A DNA stretch of 64,000 nucleotides from positions 3,713 through 67,712 of the forward strand of contig JABHFS010000109.1 in the NCBI GenBank assembly GCA_018672475.1, read 5' to 3'. Shown piece by piece: positions 25,671 to 34,594 of this stretch. Each line of letters begins with the position of its first letter. Within the stretch, counting starts at the first letter, position 1. The DNA comes from Gemmatimonadota bacterium. Lineage in GTDB: Bacteria; Latescibacterota; UBA2968; UBA8231. The notes beneath the pieces were generated by a model, which was given only the letters and a program-made list of their open reading frames with translations, searched no databases and had not been told where the DNA came from. Position numbers and translations under genes: made by a program.

Positions 25671-27980
25671 ATGTCCAAAACGCATGACATAACGCCACTA
25701 GAAGTTATTGAAATCTGTCCGGGGTCTTTTCTGCTCAAGGTTCTCGAGGCGGGCGTGTCCTTGCTGTTTAACGCCTGGCCCGATATCACCAAATACCTGA
25801 TCCAGCAGCAGCACGAGATCAACGGCGTCGTCTATCCGGATTTACGCATGCAAACCTCGAAGGGGATAAGCTGCAATCTCATCGAGTTCCCCCTGTTGCA
25901 TGCGATGTTCAACCAGGGGATGGTCTTCCGCAACGAAAAACCCTGCCTCATCGGTACTGAGCACCAACTGACGCTGGCTAGCGAGAGCTTTCGCCGGGGC
26001 CTTTACGGTTTTTACTCGGCGGAGGAATTGGCCGATTGCGGCCTTTCGGCCGCGGAAATAGACGGAGTAATGCGCGAGATCGAAGGGCTCTCGCTCAACG
26101 GGATTCAGCCGATAGACGAGTTGCTCGAATTGGTGCCGCTGGTGCCCTTGCAGGAACTGCCCAGCGAGTTCGATGCGACCTGTTATAATGGCGTGCGGAT
26201 CTGGAAAGAGGACTTCAATGTTTTCGGTATCGAATACCAGGGCCACCGGGTTTCCATCGACTGCACGCTTCCAGTGGGCGAGGAGTACCGGCCGCCGCTG
26301 AATATCGATGTCAAAAACGTTCCCTACAGACTTTTCCAAATCATCGATACAGGGGAAGAGGACGGTTTCTCAACCAAGAGTTGCATGCACACGGTGATCC
26401 AGTGGCGTGACCGGGTTATTTGCGTCGACCTGCCGATGAATGTCTCGTATCTGCTCGGCAAGGTGAGTATTTCCAAAACGGAAATCGACGCAGTGATCTT
26501 CACCCACAACCACGACGACCACATCGGCGACTTCTCGTTACTGCTGCAGATGGACCGCAAGCTAACCATCTTCTGCCCGCGCGTCATCTGGCGGGCGATC
26601 CTGCTCAAGGCCTCCGCCGTCTTTGATATGTCCGTTGACGAGTTGGCGGAGTACTTCGACTATGTGCCGATCGTCTACGGCGAAGAATACGACTACGCAG
26701 GCTTGCGCATCCTCGCGCACCCTTCGATTCATTCGGTGCCCTGTGCGATCTACCGCATCCGCGGAATCGTCAACGGCGAGTGGAAGACCTACGCCCATAT
26801 GAGCGATATCCTCAACTTTCAGCGCTGTCAGAAACTGTTGCAAGAGGGGCATCTGACAACGCGCCGTCTGGCCGAGTACAAAAAATTCGTAATGGAGCCG
26901 GCGGCGGTTAAGAAAATCGACGTCGGGGCGCGCGACGGTACCGAAGACTTCTCCGTACACGGCTCCTGGCGCGATTTTATTGAGGATAAGTCGGAGCATA
27001 TTGTGCTTGCTCATACTTCGGCAGATGCGCTCGATGAAAGGGCGAAGGTGCAGGTTGGCCAATTCGCAGTAGCCGGCTCTGCCCGCGATATGGGCGAACG
27101 CGGAATCCATACTTATCATGATCAATACCGCGAGCGGGCCCTTAGCTATTTGGCCGACTATCTGTTCTCGTTATTGGAAGCCCGACTCGAAGACGGGGAC
27201 CTCGGTAGGCATCGGTTGCGCAGCTATTTGCGGATCCTCGCCGACAACGAGATTCGCGTTATCCAGCCCTATACGCCCTTTCTTAAAGAGGGCGGGGAGC
27301 CGACCTTTGTCGATGTCGTGATCAGCGGGGCGGGAAGTCTCTGGGATGATCGAGATGGCGAACTCACACGCGTCGCGACAGTGCAGGCTGGTGATGTGAT
27401 CGGCGATATGGGAATACTGTTAAAAATGCCGCGCACCGTGACCATTCGCTCTGATACCTATATGCACTTACTGCGTATACCGGCGATGCTCTTTGAGGAG
27501 GTCGCGGTGGCTCTGGGTATTACCGACAAAGACAACGGGCAGAGCGAGGGGGTGATAGAGAAAGTCTGGCGGCACCGTGAGATGGTACAACACTCGGGTA
27601 TTTTCGGTGCTGAAGTACCATTCTATTTGCAAAACAAGATCGCTCAACGGGCTGACGAAGTCTGTTTGGAAAAGGGGGACGTGTTATTGGGGGCGGCCGG
27701 AGAGCGATCCTTGTTTATCAGTGATGACTGCGATGCCTTTACCGTCGAGGTCGACAGTTATGCGATTGACGCCGGCCCTTATCCGTTTTTTGGCGAAGCC
27801 GCATTTACGACCGGTGAGCAGGAGGCCTATCGGGTCGTCGCCCGGCGCCGAACAATGGTCTTGCGCTTGGCGCCGGAAGAATTCAGCTGGATCGGTGAGG
27901 TGCCGCTTTTTAAACTGCGTCTCAGGCAGTTGGCCGAGGAGCGTGCGATTCAGGTGCAGCGGGCTAGGCGTTCGGGTTAG
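25671..27980 (+). CDS. Three-part protein: unknown N-terminal domain (~250 aa), MBL-fold metallo-hydrolase domain, two CAP-type cyclic-nucleotide-binding domains
   Basis: MBL motif IFTHNHDDHIGD (HxHxDH). cNMP domain 1: FLKEGGEP...GDVIGDMGILLKMPRTVTIRS. cNMP domain 2: LEKGDVLL...FFGEAAF...YRVVARRRT. Starts 13 nt after the SDR stop. Confidence 0.8.
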   Translation: MSKTHDITPLEVIEICPGSFLLKVLEAGVSLLFNAWPDITKYLIQQQHEINGVVYPDLRMQTSKGISCNLIEFPLLHAMFNQGMVFRNEKPCLIGTEHQLTLASESFRRGLYGFYSAEELADCGLSAAEIDGVMREIEGLSLNGIQPIDELLELVPLVPLQELPSEFDATCYNGVRIWKEDFNVFGIEYQGHRVSIDCTLPVGEEYRPPLNIDVKNVPYRLFQIIDTGEEDGFSTKSCMHTVIQWRDRVICVDLPMNVSYLLGKVSISKTEIDAVIFTHNHDDHIGDFSLLLQMDRKLTIFCPRVIWRAILLKASAVFDMSVDELAEYFDYVPIVYGEEYDYAGLRILAHPSIHSVPCAIYRIRGIVNGEWKTYAHMSDILNFQRCQKLLQEGHLTTRRLAEYKKFVMEPAAVKKIDVGARDGTEDFSVHGSWRDFIEDKSEHIVLAHTSADALDERAKVQVGQFAVAGSARDMGERGIHTYHDQYRERALSYLADYLFSLLEARLEDGDLGRHRLRSYLRILADNEIRVIQPYTPFLKEGGEPTFVDVVISGAGSLWDDRDGELTRVATVQAGDVIGDMGILLKMPRTVTIRSDTYMHLLRIPAMLFEEVAVALGITDKDNGQSEGVIEKVWRHREMVQHSGIFGAEVPFYLQNKIAQRADEVCLEKGDVLLGAAGERSLFISDDCDAFTVEVDSYAIDAGPYPFFGEAAFTTGEQEAYRVVARRRTMVLRLAPEEFSWIGEVPLFKLRLRQLAEERAIQVQRARRSG

Positions 27981-28056
27981 TGCGCTGTGGATTGCTCGCT
28001 TTATTGAAAAATTGGACTTTCCGCACTTGGTTGGTAGTCCGAACGAGCTTGGTATA

Positions 28057-29157
28057 TTAGGCTTTCAGGCCGTGTCCTGAGAGCACGCTGACCACCCGAT
28101 CGCCCGGTCGCAAATCCGCTTTCTGCCGATATTGTCGCAAGCCTTCCCAGATTACAGCCGAAGTCGGTTCGACGCAAAATCCCCTGCGCCCTAATTCAGT
28201 AATGCCCTTTTTGATATCTTCCTCGGATACGGCGAGCACATCGCCCCCGCTTTCCCGCAACGCGCTCAGTAGTTCGACGTCGCGTACCGGTTTGGGCAGG
28301 GCGATGCCTTCGGCCAAAGTGGGCTGCGGGTCTTTGGCGGGCGCGACTGTGCACGCCCCTTCGTGAAAAGCCCGGTGTAGGGGGGATATGTGGGCTGCCT
28401 GTATCGCGACGAGGCGCGGCATGGAGCTTATGGCGTCTGCTGCGAGCAAATCGCGAAAGCCCCTATAGAGGCCGAGGAGGATACTGCCTGCCCCTACGGG
28501 ACATAGGATGGCGGCAGGCGCTTGCCAGTTGTTTTGCTCGGCCAATTCAAACGCCAGTGTTTTGACCCCTTCGATAAATAGCGGATGCCACAGATGAGAA
28601 GCGTAGGGCACTTTGTGTTGTGCAGCGTAGGTGAGCAGTGCTTCGGTCGCACGAGGGCGCGGTCCTTCGACGGGCACGAGCTCGGCGCCATAGAGACGAA
28701 TTTGCGCCAGCTTGCCGGGTGAGGCTGTGGCCGGGCAGAAGACCTTGAGGCGAATATCGGCCCGGATGGCGTAGGCGGCGAGGGCGGCTCCGGCGTTGCC
28801 AGAGGAATCTTCGACTGCTTCGCGGATGCCTATGTCACCGAGATAACTGGCGAGCAAGGCGGCACCGCGGTCCTTGTAGGAGCCGGTGGGCATCAGGTAT
28901 TCGCACTTGGCCCAGGCCTCGATTCCGTCCTGTTCGAAAGAGACTAATGGGGTTACTGGCTCGCCGAGTGAAATGCGTTTGGCGAACACGGGCAGTGCCT
29001 CGCTATAACGCCACATATCGGATGGGCGGGTGGCGATGGCCTCGCGGGGGAATGTTGGCGTTTGCGATGGCAGATACTCTACCGGTCCGTCACAGGTCGG
29101 GCAGCGGTATATCGGTTCGATGACGGGTATTTTGCAGGCGGGGCAATGAAATTTCAT
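28057..29157 (-). CDS. Threonine-synthase-family PLP enzyme with an N-terminal zinc ribbon
   Basis: CPACK...CPTCDG zinc ribbon, PLP-lysine motif PTGSYKDRGAA, and SSGNAGAA. Specific function not assignable. Confidence 0.75.
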   Translation of the reverse strand: MKFHCPACKIPVIEPIYRCPTCDGPVEYLPSQTPTFPREAIATRPSDMWRYSEALPVFAKRISLGEPVTPLVSFEQDGIEAWAKCEYLMPTGSYKDRGAALLASYLGDIGIREAVEDSSGNAGAALAAYAIRADIRLKVFCPATASPGKLAQIRLYGAELVPVEGPRPRATEALLTYAAQHKVPYASHLWHPLFIEGVKTLAFELAEQNNWQAPAAILCPVGAGSILLGLYRGFRDLLAADAISSMPRLVAIQAAHISPLHRAFHEGACTVAPAKDPQPTLAEGIALPKPVRDVELLSALRESGGDVLAVSEEDIKKGITELGRRGFCVEPTSAVIWEGLRQYRQKADLRPGDRVVSVLSGHGLKA

Positions 29158-29158
29158 C

Positions 29159-30442
29159 TCAACCTGCCTTGAGGGCCTGGCGAGTGCCGGCGATGTCGAA
29201 ACAGGCTTCCTGGTTGCCGCGCATAAAGCGCGTTGCCAATTCGATGCTTTCGACCTCTGTGAGCAGGCCGTCGTCGATCTCGCCCTGCAGCGCGCGCGTT
29301 AGCCAACGGCGCGCCTGAATCGCGTAGGCCACTGAACTGGTAGGCCAGGAGGTATCGCCGCCGAAGGCGAAGAGCTTGTTGGCGGGCACGGCGTGGATAA
29401 AGCGGCGGACAAAATCGCAGGCGCTGTATGGATCGATCGACCAGGCCCAGCACAAGTCTGCGTAGACATTGCGATAGTGCTTTGCGAGCGAGACCAGTTC
29501 GCCGGAATACGGATAGGCGATGTGCATCAATACGAAGCGACAGTCGAGGTAGCGGGCTAATAGGGGAGAGAGATGGCCGCTTTTTATCCGGTCGACGGGC
29601 ATGCGGTCGTTGCCGGCGTAATAGCCGGTGTGAATCTTGAATGGTAGGTTGTATTCAATTGCGAGTTCGCAGCCGCGCGCCCAGCACCAGTCGCCTAAAA
29701 GCAGCCGGCTTGGTTCGTCCAATTCCTCGCCTTTCAATGAGCGGGTGAGTACGCGTTCGGCGTCGGCGTCGTTTCGCTCTTGCCAGCGCAGGGTGCGGTT
29801 GTAGGCGTGTTGCGCTTTGACCGCGATGGCGCTGGGGCCGTATTGCGCGAAAATTGCTTCCATCGCCTGTTTGAGGCTGGCCAGGTTGGTGACCGTGATA
29901 TCCGTTTCGCCGGCTAGGGCGGCGGGGTCTACCTGGCCATTGCAGAAGCCGGCCCAGGATAGATCGTAGAGGAAAAAGTCGACGCCCGAGTCGTCCGGCA
30001 CGCAGGGCCAGCAGAAATCGTCGGTTTGCACGTGATCGAGTTTGCCGACTTCGCTGAGCAGTTTGTAGCGCCCGCCGGGTTGCCGCCATGTGGTGAGCTT
30101 TTGCTGGGCTTTTTGCAATTCGTCGCCGCTGAACTCACTCATACCGTAGACCTCGCGGGCGAGGATGGTGACCGCTTCGCCGTAGCCGGTAAAACGCGTG
30201 GTTTCGAAGGCCGGACGGATCGCCTCGAAGCGGGCGCCAAAATCGGGGTCGGCGGCATCGGTCAGGCGGTCGAGATCAGCGCGGCTGGCTCCGGCGGTGA
30301 TCAGGTCGGCGGGCACGTAGTTGCCGAAGAGGGCCTGTAGGATATCGGGCCCGTCTTCGACCCAGTCTCGCTCCTTGCGCAAATGCTCGTGGGTGTCGAT
30401 TAACGATAGGCTTTCTATATGTTGTGACAGATCTGTGCCCAT
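29159..30442 (-). CDS. Metal-dependent amidohydrolase-superfamily (TIM-barrel) protein
   Basis: LIDTHEHL near the N-terminus, then internal HTGY and MHIAYPY histidine motifs. Its stop is 1 nt from the ThrC-like start. Confidence 0.7.
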   Translation of the reverse strand: MGTDLSQHIESLSLIDTHEHLRKERDWVEDGPDILQALFGNYVPADLITAGASRADLDRLTDAADPDFGARFEAIRPAFETTRFTGYGEAVTILAREVYGMSEFSGDELQKAQQKLTTWRQPGGRYKLLSEVGKLDHVQTDDFCWPCVPDDSGVDFFLYDLSWAGFCNGQVDPAALAGETDITVTNLASLKQAMEAIFAQYGPSAIAVKAQHAYNRTLRWQERNDADAERVLTRSLKGEELDEPSRLLLGDWCWARGCELAIEYNLPFKIHTGYYAGNDRMPVDRIKSGHLSPLLARYLDCRFVLMHIAYPYSGELVSLAKHYRNVYADLCWAWSIDPYSACDFVRRFIHAVPANKLFAFGGDTSWPTSSVAYAIQARRWLTRALQGEIDDGLLTEVESIELATRFMRGNQEACFDIAGTRQALKAG

Positions 30443-30512
30443 GATGTTTATCCCGTCAAAGAGGGTCGATTTCCCAGATGATATGACCTCGTGGCAGATG
30501 TGTCAATCGCGC

Positions 30513-30541
30513 TTGCCCGCACGGGGTTTAGGGCCTATCCT
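30513..30541 (+). promoter_or_regulatory. Candidate sigma70-type promoter of the DUF2231/HK/EBP operon (possibly a leaderless transcript)
   Basis: TTGCCC (30513-30518), 17-nt spacer, TATCCT (30536-30541). The ATG at 30548 lies 7 nt after the -10 and no SD is visible. Confidence 0.35.
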
Positions 30542-30547
30542 TCGAAG

Positions 30548-30976
30548 ATGGATTGGCACCCCCTTATCGTTCACTATCCCATCGCCTTGTTGCCCTTGAG
30601 CCCGTTGTGCGATCTGGTCGCGTTGTGGTCGCGGCGAGGCGAAGGACACCTGCTCGCCTATGGGTTGATGGTCCTCGGGACCCTGGCATCATGCGTCGCG
30701 GTGCTCAGCGGCAATGCCGCGGCCGAAGGCCATTGGCAGGGGGCTGCCGCCGGGGAGATTTCGGCGCATGAGGACCTGGCGACATGGACTATGTTATTGG
30801 CCTTAGGCACGACGTTGGGGCGATTGCCCTTGCAGTTGAAGGGGGCAATGGACGGTAAGGCGCTTTACGCGTGCATCGGGATGGGCATACTGATCGGCGT
30901 GTTAGTGGCGTTGACCGGTTATCGCGGGGGCGAATTGGTTTATGTGCATGGGATAGGTGTGGTGACGGGTGGCTGA
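30548..30976 (+). CDS. DUF2231-like integral membrane protein
   Basis: MDWHPLIVHYPIALLPLSP is the typical DUF2231 N-terminus. Four hydrophobic helices. Overlaps the kinase GTG start by 8 nt. Confidence 0.7.
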   Translation: MDWHPLIVHYPIALLPLSPLCDLVALWSRRGEGHLLAYGLMVLGTLASCVAVLSGNAAAEGHWQGAAAGEISAHEDLATWTMLLALGTTLGRLPLQLKGAMDGKALYACIGMGILIGVLVALTGYRGGELVYVHGIGVVTGG

Positions 30977-32990
30977 CTTCACACCGGATATCGTTCCGGT
31001 CAGGCCCACGGCGCTCAAACCCGGTTATTTGGCCGCTCTCTTTGCGGTGCTGGCCGTCGTTTTGGGCGCCTTTGCTCTATATGGGCTACAACAGGAACGA
31101 CGATCGACATTGGAAACGATGGAACGCGGTGCGCGGTCGCTGGCTGAGGCGGTGTCCCGTGCGGAGGAGAATGTGTTGCGCGCCGAAGCCGATATGGAAG
31201 CGCTCGTCGGCGAGCGCTTGCTCGACAATGCGCGGTTGCTTGCGGAGTTGGGCAGTAGGCAGGCCTTATCCGATACGCTTATCGAGCGTTTGGCAGCGGA
31301 GCATGAACTAGATCAGGTGGACGTGTTGGATCTGGAGGGTCGGCTTTTGGCGTCTAGTGGCATTGTCGATGATGACGAACTAGATGGTTGGCAGGAGGGT
31401 TTGCAGCGATTGTTCGCCGGTTTGGAGCAAGCGCTGCTATTTGAATTAGATCAACGGCTCTTTGCCGTCGCGGTGGCGATGCGCAATGGGGGGGTGGTGA
31501 TCGTGCGGGCGTCTGCCGAGCGGCTTTTAGAATTGCGGATTCGTTCCGGGGCCGGTAGGCTGATCCAGGAGATCGGCTCTAATAAAGGCGTCGTATATAT
31601 GGTGTTACAGGATTCGCTGGGTGTGTTGGCCGCCTCCAGCGACGTGGTGTTGATCGACCCGATAACCGGCGACACCTTCCTCGAATCGGCGTTGGTCAAA
31701 GATTCGGTGGACTCGCGGTTAGTCACCTTTGAGGGCCAACAGATTTTTGAGGCAGTGATTCCTTTCGCGCCCGAGGGCGAGACGCTCGGCCTACTGCGGA
31801 TCGGCCTTTCGCTCGACGAGCTTCGTGTGCAAGAGCGGCGCGGCAGGCTGCAGGTGTTGTTGTTGGTATTGCTGTTGTTGGTGCTCGGAGCGGTCGGTGC
31901 AGGCGCGGTGACGGTGCGGCAAAACCTGTCCCTGCTCGGCGATGCCTATACCCGTATTCAAACGTATAGCAGCCGGATTTTGACCCAGATGGCGGACGCC
32001 GTTATCGCCACGGACCCGGTCGGGGTGATCGAGGTGTTCAATCAGGCGGCAGAAGACCTGTTGGGTGGCGATCGCAATGAAGTTCGGGGGCGGCGCTTAC
32101 AAGAGGTCTGGCCGCACGAGATTGTCGACCGGGCATTACAAGGCGAGGAGTTGCTCGGGGCCGTTTGCCTATATACGAATAAAGAGGGTGGTGAGCGGAC
32201 GCTCGCGGTTTCGAGCTCGCAGGTGCGCAACGCCGACGGCGAGGTGGAGACGATAGTCTTGGTCGTTCAGGACTTGAGCGAAAAGGTAGCGATGGAGGCG
32301 GATTTGAGACGACGAGACCGCTTGGCCTCAATGGGGGCTTTGGCGGCGGGGGTCGCCCACGAAGTACGCAACCCGCTCAATGCCATAAGCGTCATAGTAC
32401 AGCGGCTGCGACGCGAGTTCATCCCGCAGCAGGATAAAGAGGAATACGGCCAATTGACCGGTGTCGTTTCGGAGGAAGTCAAGCGGGTCAATCGCATTAT
32501 CGAACAATTTCTCGAACTAGCGCGCCCACCGGCCCTGGCAAAGGAGCGAGCAGACCTTGCGGCGCTTTTGCAACGGGCGGCGCAGACCATCGAACCTCGC
32601 GTCCTGGCGACGGGTTTGCGTTTGCAGCGAGATTTCAACGATGTCGGTGCAGTCGAAGTCGATGCAGATCAGTTGCAACAGGCGTTGCTGAATTTGTTGG
32701 GCAACGCCATAGAGTCGATGGAGTCGATGGACGAGGAGGCGATCAAATTGGCGGCGCGCTCCCTCGCGGATGGCTGGGTGGAGATCACCGTCGCAGATAC
32801 GGGTCCCGGCATACCTCCGGCGGAGCTCGAACGAATTTTTGATTTGTATTTTACGACTAAGGCCGAGGGCACGGGGCTGGGTTTGAGTATAGTGCACCGC
32901 ATCGTCTCCGAGCACGGGGGCCGGATTGAAGTGCAGAGCGCGCTGGGCGAGGGCACTCGATTCACCATTTTATTGCCGAGGGGGTGTTGA
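30969..32990 (+). CDS. Sensor histidine kinase (two TM segments, PAS, HisKA, HATPase_c), NtrB/ZraS/AtoS-like
   Basis: H-box GVAHEVRNPLNAI, N-box LLNLLGNAIESM, G1 DTGPGIP, G2 GTGLGLSIV. PAS-like segment ILTQMADAVIATDPVGVIEVFNQAAEDLLG. Confidence 0.9.
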   Translation: MADFTPDIVPVRPTALKPGYLAALFAVLAVVLGAFALYGLQQERRSTLETMERGARSLAEAVSRAEENVLRAEADMEALVGERLLDNARLLAELGSRQALSDTLIERLAAEHELDQVDVLDLEGRLLASSGIVDDDELDGWQEGLQRLFAGLEQALLFELDQRLFAVAVAMRNGGVVIVRASAERLLELRIRSGAGRLIQEIGSNKGVVYMVLQDSLGVLAASSDVVLIDPITGDTFLESALVKDSVDSRLVTFEGQQIFEAVIPFAPEGETLGLLRIGLSLDELRVQERRGRLQVLLLVLLLLVLGAVGAGAVTVRQNLSLLGDAYTRIQTYSSRILTQMADAVIATDPVGVIEVFNQAAEDLLGGDRNEVRGRRLQEVWPHEIVDRALQGEELLGAVCLYTNKEGGERTLAVSSSQVRNADGEVETIVLVVQDLSEKVAMEADLRRRDRLASMGALAAGVAHEVRNPLNAISVIVQRLRREFIPQQDKEEYGQLTGVVSEEVKRVNRIIEQFLELARPPALAKERADLAALLQRAAQTIEPRVLATGLRLQRDFNDVGAVEVDADQLQQALLNLLGNAIESMESMDEEAIKLAARSLADGWVEITVADTGPGIPPAELERIFDLYFTTKAEGTGLGLSIVHRIVSEHGGRIEVQSALGEGTRFTILLPRGC

Positions 32991-32991
32991 T

Positions 32992-34350
32992 ATGGCCGGA
33001 GACACGATTCTGGTTATTGACGATGAGGCGTCGCAGCGCGAAGCGGTCGGCGGTTATTTGCGCAAACGTGGATTCACCGTTTTGCAGGCCGATAACGGGC
33101 GGCGGGGATTAGAGATATTGCAAGGGCAGGTCGTCGATTTGGTCATCACCGATCTGCGTATGCCAGAGCTCGACGGGATGGGCGTGCTCGAAGCGGCTCG
33201 CCAGACCAACCCGGATATCGGCGTGGTACTGGTCACGGCTTTTGGCTCAGTCGACGGAGCGGTCGACGCGATGCAAGAGGGGGCTTTTCACTATTTGGAG
33301 AAACCGATTGACCTCGATGAGTTGGATGAGATCGTCGATCGCGCGCTGGAGCGTAGCCATCTAGTCTCGGAAAACGAGTTATTGCGCGAGCGTATCGGCG
33401 GAGGTGCACAATTCGGCGGTATAATCGCCCGCGACCCCGCGATGGAAGAGGCGTTGAATGTCGTCGCGCGCGCCGCGCCAAGCCGGGCGACGGTGCTGGT
33501 CAGGGGAGAGTCGGGCACGGGCAAGGAATTGGTTGCGCGGGCGGTGCACGACGCGAGTCCGCGGGCGGACAAACCCTTTGTCGGGGTTAATTGCGCCGCA
33601 CTCAACAAGGGGCTAATAGAAAGTGAGCTTTTTGGCCATGAGAAGGGCGCTTTTACCGGTGCAATTGACCGTCGGGTCGGGCGTTTTGAGCAGGCGAACG
33701 GCGGCACGTTATTTATCGACGAACTGGCTGAAATTCCCGCCGAAGTGCAGGTAAAGCTTCTGCGCGTTTTGCAGGAGCGCAAAATAGAGCGGGTTGGTAG
33801 TGGCACAGAGATCGAGGTCGACGTGCGTTTGATCGGGGCGACGCACCGCGATTTACAGGGGCTGGTCGCTGATGGCGGGTTCCGCGAGGATCTGTTCTAC
33901 CGGCTCAATGTGGTTTCGGTGCAGTTGCCGCCGTTGAGAAGCCGCAAGCGAGATATTCCCGTGCTCGTCGAGCATTTCCTAGCCCGCTACGCCGAAGAAA
34001 ACGCCAAGACCATCGAAGGGGTTTCGAAAGAGGCGATGGATCTTTTGATGCGCTACGTCTATCCGGGTAATGTGCGTGAGTTGCAGAATATTATCGAGAG
34101 GGCGGTGGTTATGGCACGCGGCGATGTCGTGACGAAGAATGATTTGTCGCTCGAAGGGCAAGAAATGCAAAGTGCCGCCGAGTCGCTGCCGAGCGGAACG
34201 ACCTTGTCGGAGCAAGTTGAAGACTTAGAGAAAAAGGCCATCGCCGAGGCTTTGCAGCAAGCTAATGGCATCCAGAGCCGGGCGGCCGATATCTTGGGTT
34301 TGACCGAACGCAATCTGCGGTATAAGCTGAAGAAATACGGGCTGAAATAG
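32992..34350 (+). CDS. Sigma54-dependent response regulator (NtrC/ZraR family enhancer-binding protein)
   Basis: Receiver ILVIDDEAS...VITDLRMPELDG. AAA+ Walker A GESGTGKE, sigma54-contact loop GAFTGA, Walker B LFIDEL. Fis-type HTH SRAADILGLTERNLRYKLKKYGL. The ATG is 1 nt after the kinase stop. Confidence 0.95.
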   Translation: MAGDTILVIDDEASQREAVGGYLRKRGFTVLQADNGRRGLEILQGQVVDLVITDLRMPELDGMGVLEAARQTNPDIGVVLVTAFGSVDGAVDAMQEGAFHYLEKPIDLDELDEIVDRALERSHLVSENELLRERIGGGAQFGGIIARDPAMEEALNVVARAAPSRATVLVRGESGTGKELVARAVHDASPRADKPFVGVNCAALNKGLIESELFGHEKGAFTGAIDRRVGRFEQANGGTLFIDELAEIPAEVQVKLLRVLQERKIERVGSGTEIEVDVRLIGATHRDLQGLVADGGFREDLFYRLNVVSVQLPPLRSRKRDIPVLVEHFLARYAEENAKTIEGVSKEAMDLLMRYVYPGNVRELQNIIERAVVMARGDVVTKNDLSLEGQEMQSAAESLPSGTTLSEQVEDLEKKAIAEALQQANGIQSRAADILGLTERNLRYKLKKYGLK

Positions 34351-34557
34351 ACGCTTAGTTGACCGTGCGGCGCGGACAACTAAGCATGTGCGTCGACTAG
34401 TGCGATACTGTTATAGATGACCCGCAGTATTCGATCTAACTCGACGGGTGCGAGACGTGCGATCAATGATGGCGGGGACGGAGTAACACGCGGGTGGGCG
34501 GATGTCGGGTATGGCTGGCCGAAGTTCCCATCCGGGCGGTCACATAATCGATGAGTT

Positions 34558-34586
34558 GCTGTAGGTGTTCTACCTACACCTACAGC
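34558..34586 (-). terminator. Stem-loop just downstream of the beta-barrel gene (no U-tract)
   Basis: GCTGTAGGTGT (34558-34568) and ACACCTACAGC (34576-34586) form an 11-bp perfect stem with a 7-nt loop, 9 nt after the stop at 34595. No T-run follows on either strand, so terminator function is uncertain. Confidence 0.35.
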
Positions 34587-34594
34587 ACTTCTCT

